A stretch of DNA of 48,226 bases from a virus (Duplodnaviria; Caudoviricetes), in the IMG/VR virus record IMGVR_UViG_3300038393_000863, positions 1-48,226 of that record; one strand, given 5' to 3'. Below, piece after piece: positions 42,747 through 48,226 of this stretch. Position numbers and translations under genes: made by a program. Positions within the stretch are counted from its first letter, which is position 1, and every line of letters begins with the position of its first letter. The notes below the pieces were generated by a model. It saw only the letters and a list, made by a program, of their open reading frames with translations. It was not told the origin of the DNA and ran no database searches.

Positions 42747-43844
42747 CTACACGAGCTCCAGAAGATCAGACGGGGCCAGGTGGGCGTAGCTATTCCAGGT
42801 CACCTTGATGTCGCTGTGACCCGCGAAGCGGCTGATCTTGTGGATCGGAACGCCGTCCTTGGCAAGCCGGGTGAGCTTGGTGTGCCGCAGCGAATGGATC
42901 ACGACATCGCTGATGTCGATCCCTTGCGCCTTCATGTCGTCCCGCAGGTTGTCCCACATGTACCAGGGCGTGGAGCCCTTGAAGGGGAACAGCCGGCCAT
43001 CCACCGCAGCGAGCCGCAGGTAGGCCAGCTCGGCGACGGAGGAGGCGGCCAGCGGGAGCTGGCGCGGCTTGTCGTTCTTGGTGCGATAGCGGCGGAAGTG
43101 GACGAACGTCACCGTTCGGCCCTCGACCTCACGCTCCTCGATGTCCTCCTCCCGCACGTTCAGGGCCTCGCCCAGGCGCGCGGCCGTGTCCAGCAGGAAG
43201 CGCACCATGGCCCTGAACCGCCGCCAATCGCGCTGCGGCTCGTCCTTGATGCGGCGGTCGAGGGTCTCGAATAGAGCGACCTCCTCCTCGGGGCTGAGGA
43301 CACGCTCCCGCGCCCCCTTGGCCGTGATGGTCGGCATCTTCGGCTTGCCCGTGATGATTGGGCGGCCGGAGCTGTCCTCCCAACGCGTGGCGAGCGACAG
43401 AGCCTTGCCGACCATGTCGATCTTCCGCTTCACGGTGCCGGCGGCATAGCCCTTGGCGAACAGGTCGGCCGAGAGCTGCTCGATGCGCCCCGCCGTCATG
43501 TCGGCCACCGGCACGTCGCCGATCATGGCCCTGAGGATTTTCAAGTTGGACTTGATCGTCTTCTGGGACTTCGCCTCGCGGGGCGACCAGACGGTCAATT
43601 CGCAGCGACGGAACAGCTCATCCATCGTGACGCCGTTACCGGTCTTAGGTGGCGGCTGGGCTGACCCAGCAGTCGGGACAGAAGAAACCGGCGCTGAGGC
43701 CGGCGACAGACCCATCACGATCTCACGGGCCTTGATCCGCGCCTGAACCTTGTCGCGGGTGTGGGTGCTCGCGCGTCGGCGTTTCCCCTGGTCATCCAGG
43801 TAGTCAACTGCCCAGATACCGCTGGGCTTCTGGTAGAGGTTCAT
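42747..43844 (-). CDS. int: Tyrosine integrase
   Basis: Catalytic R (TAARLGE), K (TKND), HSLR, GH, Y (NSYAH); N-terminal arm-binding-like segment. Confidence 0.95.
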   Translation of the reverse strand: MNLYQKPSGIWAVDYLDDQGKRRRASTHTRDKVQARIKAREIVMGLSPASAPVSSVPTAGSAQPPPKTGNGVTMDELFRRCELTVWSPREAKSQKTIKSNLKILRAMIGDVPVADMTAGRIEQLSADLFAKGYAAGTVKRKIDMVGKALSLATRWEDSSGRPIITGKPKMPTITAKGARERVLSPEEEVALFETLDRRIKDEPQRDWRRFRAMVRFLLDTAARLGEALNVREEDIEEREVEGRTVTFVHFRRYRTKNDKPRQLPLAASSVAELAYLRLAAVDGRLFPFKGSTPWYMWDNLRDDMKAQGIDISDVVIHSLRHTKLTRLAKDGVPIHKISRFAGHSDIKVTWNSYAHLAPSDLLELV

Positions 43845-44293
43845 TCGGTGTCTCCCAAACGTAGGGCCTTCAGGATGTTCTCAACCGCCTCGACCCCGTC
43901 TGGGGTCAGGTGAAGCGTCTTGCGGCGGCGGTCGTCCTGATCCTCGACCGCGGTGACCCAGCCAAGCGCATCGGGCATGGACGAGCGGGGCTCACGGAAC
44001 GTGTCCATGGTCCGCTCAATCGACTGCCCGATGACGGATTGGCCGGAAGGGGTTTCCCCGCCAAGCCTCTGTAGGTCCTTCAGCGTGATCTCACGCCGCA
44101 TCGCGTCCGCGTAGGCGACGAACAAGAACGCTAGCACCTGGCGGGCGGTGGTGCGGTCAGGTAGCTCCCGTGTCAAAGTCGCTACCGCCGCTGCCAAACG
44201 CTCTAAGTCGCCTGCGGAAGTTGCTGACAAACTCCGCGGCGTCTTCACCCGGCCTCCGCGCGGCTGGGGCCTCCGATCCGGCATTTGAAGCAT
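43841..44293 (-). CDS. MarR-like winged-helix regulator (possible repressor or directionality factor)
   Basis: QVLAFLFVA...ITLKDL...LGWVTAVEDQDDRRRKTLHLTPDG; coupled to the integrase (ATGA). Confidence 0.8.
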   Translation of the reverse strand: MLQMPDRRPQPRGGRVKTPRSLSATSAGDLERLAAAVATLTRELPDRTTARQVLAFLFVAYADAMRREITLKDLQRLGGETPSGQSVIGQSIERTMDTFREPRSSMPDALGWVTAVEDQDDRRRKTLHLTPDGVEAVENILKALRLGDTE

Positions 44294-44492
44294 CCCTCGA
44301 TCCTCTAATTCGCCCGCTTATAGCGGTTCCTGAGGTGGAGTCAGTGGCCTCCGTTAAGACGCCGCCGCCCGGCCCAAGTAGGGCAGACTGATCATTTGGG
44401 AAGCCTCGATGATGCATTTCGTGACCGGTTTTTTCCATACGCATCCCCCTCATCGCGTAACTGTGTTCCATCGGCCACAGTTAGTTTCACTA

Positions 44493-44506
44493 CTGTGACA
44501 ACCCAG
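44493..44506. promoter_or_regulatory. CTG-N8-CAG box (minus strand CTGGGTTGTCACAG) upstream of marR-int
   Basis: One mismatch to the 1169 copy; lies in a lower-GC intergenic region. Confidence 0.55.
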
Positions 44507-44575
44507 AGACCTTCGTAAAGAGGGATAGCTGGGCTAGATCATGCGACCAAACGCCCAGCCGTCTCTCCGGTGTGG

Positions 44576-44776
44576 TTATAGGAGTGCCTCCAGCTCCCGA
44601 GCCGTCCGGGCTCGCTCCTCCATTCGTTCACGCTCCTCCTCGGAGACGTCATCGACTGTAAGGAGACGAAACTCGGACTCCAACCACTCGGCGAGCTGCC
44701 GCGCCCGGTCCTGAAGATCGCACCGTTCTACGTCAGTTTCGGACGTATCGGGGCCGGCGACTTCTGAAATGTCCAT
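44576..44776 (-). CDS. Small acidic early protein (66 aa)
   Basis: AGGAGG SD; about one-third Asp/Glu. Confidence 0.7.
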   Translation of the reverse strand: MDISEVAGPDTSETDVERCDLQDRARQLAEWLESEFRLLTVDDVSEEERERMEERARTARELEALL

Positions 44777-44786
44777 GGGTCGCCTC

Positions 44787-44954
44787 CTACAGGATCGTCA
44801 CGGTGGCACGGCCGGCTGACCCACAGGTGATGTGAGCCGTTTTCCCGTTGTGCCGGTGCTGGTAGGTCCGCTCAGCGAAGCGGTAATAACCGTTGGCCGT
44901 CAGCCAATCGGTGGCGTCGTCCGCATAGCGGAAGTCGAGCGCTTTAGCGCGCAT
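44787..44954 (-). CDS. Small early hypothetical protein (55 aa, MRAKALDFRYADDA...)
   Basis: Manual translation; GAGAG upstream. Confidence 0.6.
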   Translation of the reverse strand: MRAKALDFRYADDATDWLTANGYYRFAERTYQHRHNGKTAHITCGSAGRATVTIL

Positions 44955-45004
44955 TGTTGGGTACTCTCGATGATGGTGGGGAGGCGGCCGAAGCCGCCCC
45001 CGGA

Positions 45005-45196
45005 CTAGAGCTTGTTCAGCTCGTCACAGGTCTCGTGCCAGGGCTCGGCCTGCTCAGCGATCCGCTCCTCCGACGCGAGGGAGAACTCGATGTCGTGGAG
45101 CTGAGCCTCAGCGGCCTTCCGCAGGGCGGAGACGATGAAGCCCGAGCCATGCCGCTTGGCGATGCGGTTGACGCATTCGAGGCAGTCAGGGCTCAT
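45005..45196 (-). CDS. Small early hypothetical protein
   Basis: ORF track; GGAGG SD. Confidence 0.65.
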   Translation of the reverse strand: MSPDCLECVNRIAKRHGSGFIVSALRKAAEAQLHDIEFSLASEERIAEQAEPWHETCDELNKL

Positions 45197-45813
45197 GGCG
45201 GATCGCCTCCTCGTAATACGAAGGGCAGGGCGATCTCGGCGGGCAACGCCTGCCAGGGGACACGCGGGCCGAACTCCTTGCGGTAGTCGTAGGCCTGCTT
45301 GGCGAACTCGATGGCGTCCACGTCGGTGCGCCCTTGGTTCGCGACGATGTTCTTGGCGTAGTCACGCCAGGAGGCGACGTTCGCGGCGCAGTAGGCGTGG
45401 CCGTCCGGCACCGGCTTGCCCGTCTCCATGCCGGCTTCGAGCTGGCCGATGACGTTGCAGAACAACAGGGCGATCATCTCGACCACATCGTCCCCGCGGC
45501 CATAGAGGCGCATGAGCTGGCCCGCCTGGATGTGGCAGGAGGTGTGCTCGCCGGGCATCGTGAAGGCCGCGCCGAAGCGGTAGTGGACCCAGTCGTGCCA
45601 GGCACGGAACTGGAGCCAGGTCTCGGTATCGGCGAAGCACGTATGCGAGTAGTCGCCGGACCAGATGGCCATGCGGCCGTAGCAGTCCATGCGCTCGCAG
45701 AGCTCATCCATGGTGTTCGGGGCGGAGCGGCAGACATCGAACCCGAGGGGGAAGATGTGGCTCGCGATGTGGCACGACGCCTCGTTGAAGGTGGGGTTGA
45801 TGGGCTGGACCAT
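45193..45813 (-). CDS. Early protein with FRAWHDxxH motif; paralogue of 341-907
   Basis: IFPLGF...FRAWHDWVHYRFG.AFT..GE...RLYGRGDDV..M.ALL.C.VIGQ shared with the other copy. Confidence 0.8.
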   Translation of the reverse strand: MVQPINPTFNEASCHIASHIFPLGFDVCRSAPNTMDELCERMDCYGRMAIWSGDYSHTCFADTETWLQFRAWHDWVHYRFGAAFTMPGEHTSCHIQAGQLMRLYGRGDDVVEMIALLFCNVIGQLEAGMETGKPVPDGHAYCAANVASWRDYAKNIVANQGRTDVDAIEFAKQAYDYRKEFGPRVPWQALPAEIALPFVLRGGDPP

Positions 45814-45826
45814 TTCTCGATGACCT

Positions 45827-45840
45827 CTGGGTTTATGCAG
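45827..45840. promoter_or_regulatory. CTG-N8-CAG box (CTGGGTTTATGCAG) overlapping the kinase stop
   Basis: Matches the repeated motif. Confidence 0.55.
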
Positions 45841-46501
45841 CGATCAGGACCGGCAACTGCCGCTCCTGGCCGCGCACGTTCTTGCTGATCTTGGTCGAGA
45901 GCTCACGCGAGGAGCTTCCCGAGGTGATGTAGCCGGCGGGGTCGGTGATGACCACACGACCATCAGGAGCGACCATCACGTTCTCATCGTGGAGGTCGGA
46001 GTCGGCCTCCAGCAGGATGAAATCCACGATGTCTCGGAGCAACCGGTACAGCTCAGGCCGCGTGTGCTCCAGGTGCCTCACGGTCGGCGTGTACTTCCGG
46101 TACTTCAGGTTCCTGAGTGCCGAGACCATCTCGGAGTATTCGATACGCTGCGGATTGTTCGACTCCCTACTGATGGTGTGGTCCATCCGCTCGATCCGCG
46201 CGACGTAGAAGTCACCGAACCACTCCAGAGACTTCACTTGGAGCGCGTAGGGATTGCCGACATGGCGGGTCATCACGAGCGCGGCGAATGCCGGCCAAGC
46301 GTCGAGTTTGCCCCCGCCGACCTTGAGGACGTCGGGCTGGCCATCCTTCTCATAGACGTTGCCGAACGTGCCTTCGCCGATGAGCTCCCAGCCATTCTGC
46401 TCAAGGCGTATCTCGAAGGCACCCTTGGACTCGCCCGGACGGGGCACATCAGAGGCACCTTGGTGGACAGGCCACCAGGGAAGCAGGCCAATGCCGAACA
46501 T
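45833..46501 (-). CDS. Ser/Thr protein kinase-like (T7 gp0.7-type)
   Basis: LIGEGTFGNVY, VLKV, DLHDENVM, VITDP; likely start ATG 46501 after GGAGAG. Confidence 0.88.
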   Translation of the reverse strand: MFGIGLLPWWPVHQGASDVPRPGESKGAFEIRLEQNGWELIGEGTFGNVYEKDGQPDVLKVGGGKLDAWPAFAALVMTRHVGNPYALQVKSLEWFGDFYVARIERMDHTISRESNNPQRIEYSEMVSALRNLKYRKYTPTVRHLEHTRPELYRLLRDIVDFILLEADSDLHDENVMVAPDGRVVITDPAGYITSGSSSRELSTKISKNVRGQERQLPVLIAA

Positions 46502-46538
46502 CTCTCCGTACCTTCTCTCGATGTTGCGTGGTCTAAGC

Positions 46539-46609
46539 GCCACGGCCATCGGCCCGGCGGTTAGGCCGGGCCTAGGTTTCGCTGGGGTCTCACCAGCTCG
46601 TCAGGTGGC
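46539..46609 (-). ncRNA. Hammerhead ribozyme fold, type I, with non-canonical GCC site (HHR6)
   Basis: GCCAC CUGACGA GCUGG UGAGACC CCAGC GAAAC C UA GGCCCGGC CUAACC GCCGGGCC GAU GGCC^GUGGC. Confidence 0.7.
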
Positions 46610-46804
46610 TTGAAGATGCGTGCGCCGCAGGAGCCTCTCCGCACACTCCGCGAGAGACCCGTGGGCCTCCGCGAGGTGCTTCCAGAGCTCATCGTTGCTG
46701 AGCAGCCCGCGGGCCTCGCAGATGCTCCACAGGAGCGCCACGGCAGCAGCCGCGATGGCCCCTTGCAGAACGAACACGGCGGCCATGTCACGAAGGGTTC
46801 GCAT
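46601..46804 (-). CDS. Small early membrane protein
   Basis: GGAGG SD; hydrophobic N-terminal half. Confidence 0.65.
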   Translation of the reverse strand: MRTLRDMAAVFVLQGAIAAAAVALLWSICEARGLLSNDELWKHLAEAHGSLAECAERLLRRTHLQAT

Positions 46805-46947
46805 CGCGATCCTCCATGACCTTCCGTTGCATCTCGATGGTCCGCAGGAGGACCCGCATGGACGGCGCGATGCACGGAACCGGAGGTGGCGCGAAGCCAG
46901 CCTCGTTGATGTCCTCTAGGGCTTGCCGGAAGGCCGGCGACAGGTCG

Positions 46948-47163
46948 TCAGCCTTCATCGTCTTCTCCCGAGAGGTCAGCTTCCCAGGACAGGAAGCCGT
47001 CAGCCGTGAGGGTGAGCCCGGTCTCGGCCCCTCGCTTGCGCCCGTGGTGCTCCGAAAGGGCCTCGATGAGGGTTCCCTTGCGGAGTTCGACGGGACCGAA
47101 CGAGAAGCGGACAGAGACGGCGGGAGCGGCCCGGATGGCTGAGTTGAGGGAGCCCAGCTTCAT
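46948..47163 (-). CDS. Small early hypothetical protein (MKLGSLNSAIRAA...)
   Basis: ORF track; ATGA coupling. Confidence 0.6.
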   Translation of the reverse strand: MKLGSLNSAIRAAPAVSVRFSFGPVELRKGTLIEALSEHHGRKRGAETGLTLTADGFLSWEADLSGEDDEG

Positions 47164-47319
47164 GCCCGGCCCCCACACAATGAGAAGTCCGCCGGGCTCA
47201 GCCGAAGGCGGGCCTCAGCGATGCGTTCCAGAAGCCGCTTACGGGCGGCCCCCAGGTGCGGCGCATCGATGTCGATGGACATCAACCCATCGCACGCCTG
47301 AAAGCGGAACAGCATCGGG

Positions 47320-47493
47320 CTACGCTTCCATCAGGAGGCATCGGGCGACGTGGTCGAACGTCTCCCACATAGCCGAACGGGTATGGAACTTGGCCCGAAC
47401 CTCGCGAGCGATGCACTCGGCGTGGCGCGGGCTATCCGCCTCACGGATCACGGTTTCACCGGAGGCGAGCACAAAGACGTACTCGCGGGGCAT
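47320..47493 (-). CDS. Small early hypothetical protein (57 aa, MPREYVFVLASGETVIRE...)
   Basis: Manual translation; AAGGAGG SD. Confidence 0.7.
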   Translation of the reverse strand: MPREYVFVLASGETVIREADSPRHAECIAREVRAKFHTRSAMWETFDHVARCLLMEA

Positions 47494-47619
47494 GATGCGA
47501 AGCCTCCTTGGGTTGTGTGGAAGGGTGCGGCCGATCCCGAGGGGATTGGCGACGTGTCGTCCCGATAGGGACAGAACTTGGGATGGGTACGCCCCGCACC
47601 CGGTATGGTGAGGGGATCA

Positions 47620-47684
47620 GCCGCGACCATCGGGGACCCATGAAGGTCCCCTAGGTTTCACCCTAGACGGGCTCATCAGGCGGC
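47620..47684 (-). ncRNA. Hammerhead ribozyme, type I (HHR5)
   Basis: GCCGC CUGAUGA GCCC GUCUA GGGU GAAAC C UA GGGGACC UUCAUG GGUCCCC GAU GGUC^GCGGC (cut 47625/47624); G-U at the base of stem II. Confidence 0.8.
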
Positions 47685-47739
47685 AGGAGAGCCCAGCCCG
47701 TGAGGAATTGAGCCCAGGTGGTGCGGAGCGGGCGAGCCA

Positions 47740-48226
47740 TCACCACAGCTCTTGCTTGGCCTGCCCCTCAAGGAACCGGATGATCCTCAGCGTCTCGGCA
47801 GCCTTGGGGCTATCCGGGTACTCGGCCTTGACGTGCGCCTTGAACTCAGCCGCCGTGAACGTACGGCAACCGGCGCGGATCACCGGCTTGGAGTCCGTCA
47901 TGTCGAACATGATGAACTCGTAGCCATCCGAGCGATAAGCACGGCCGATGACCCGCGAGATGACCAGCTTGGGCTTCTCTTTAGTGCCCCTCAGGTACGC
48001 GTCCCTCAGGTCCGCGCCGCTCAGGTCCGCGCCGCTCAGGTCCGCGCCGCTCAGGTCCGCGCCGCTCAGGTACGCGCCCCTCAGGTACGCGCCCCTCAGG
48101 TACGCGCCGCTCAGGTCCGCGCCCCTCAGGTCCGCGCCCCTCAGGTACGCGCCGCTCAGGTCCGCGCCGCTCAGGTACGCGCCGCTCAGGTCCGCGCCCC
48201 TCAGGTCCGCGCCCCTCAGGTACGCG
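47740..48226 (-). CDS. Pentapeptide-repeat protein, C-terminal part
   Basis: About 16 A(D/Y)L(S/R)G units, then [24 protein letters not shown]...[22 protein letters not shown]...QELW*. Confidence 0.85.
   Translation of the reverse strand, partial: AYLRGADLRGADLSGAYLSGADLSGAYLRGADLRGADLSGAYLRGAYLRGAYLSGADLSGADLSGADLSGADLRDAYLRGTKEKPKLVISRVIGRAYRSDGYEFIMFDMTDSKPVIRAGCRTFTAAEFKAHVKAEYPDSPKAAETLRIIRFLEGQAKQELW
47985..48226. repeat. 15-bp tandem repeat encoding pentapeptides
   Basis: Directly visible; same unit as 1-130. Confidence 0.95.

Noticed and set aside
44978-45003. GC hairpin with UUCG loop as an intrinsic terminator
   Set aside because: No U-tract on either strand; at most an mRNA-stabilising hairpin
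47985-48226. 15-bp repeats at both window ends as a CRISPR array or terminal repeat
   Set aside because: No spacers; units are contiguous and translate in frame as pentapeptide repeats; best explained as an assembly break within a gene

Overview
Essentially complete genome (~48 kb, GC-rich, by eye about two-thirds G+C) of a temperate T7-like phage (Autographiviridae-type podovirus). Almost all genes are on the minus strand, and the contig appears circularly permuted, broken inside a 15-bp-repeat pentapeptide gene. Order in transcription direction: putative terminal/concatemer-junction region (~2200-3230), host sigma70-type early promoter (~2178-2206), then small early genes running off position 1 and continuing from 48226 down to ~44570 (pentapeptide protein, Ser/Thr kinase, two HDxxH paralogues). 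Next come a MarR-like regulator, tyrosine integrase, attP (tRNA-Trp-like 3' end) and single-subunit RNA polymerase. The replication module follows (SSB, RusA, primase-helicase, two nucleotide kinases, family A DNA polymerase, exonuclease) with an embedded lysis cassette. The structural genes are portal, scaffold, an inserted cadherin/beta-helix gene plus an antisense PEP-CTERM gene, major capsid, tail tube A, split tail tube B, internal virion proteins, tail fibre and terminases. The likely host is an alphaproteobacterium (inferred from the PEPxxWA-CTERM gene, the attP core and the GC content). The stand-out observation is six hammerhead ribozyme folds (four type III with covarying loop I-loop II pairing, two type I) between genes of the early operon, where T7 uses RNase III sites. 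Two of them carry the Shine-Dalgarno of the next gene in loop II, and three sit just downstream of a CTG-N8-CAG box that occurs at least ten times.
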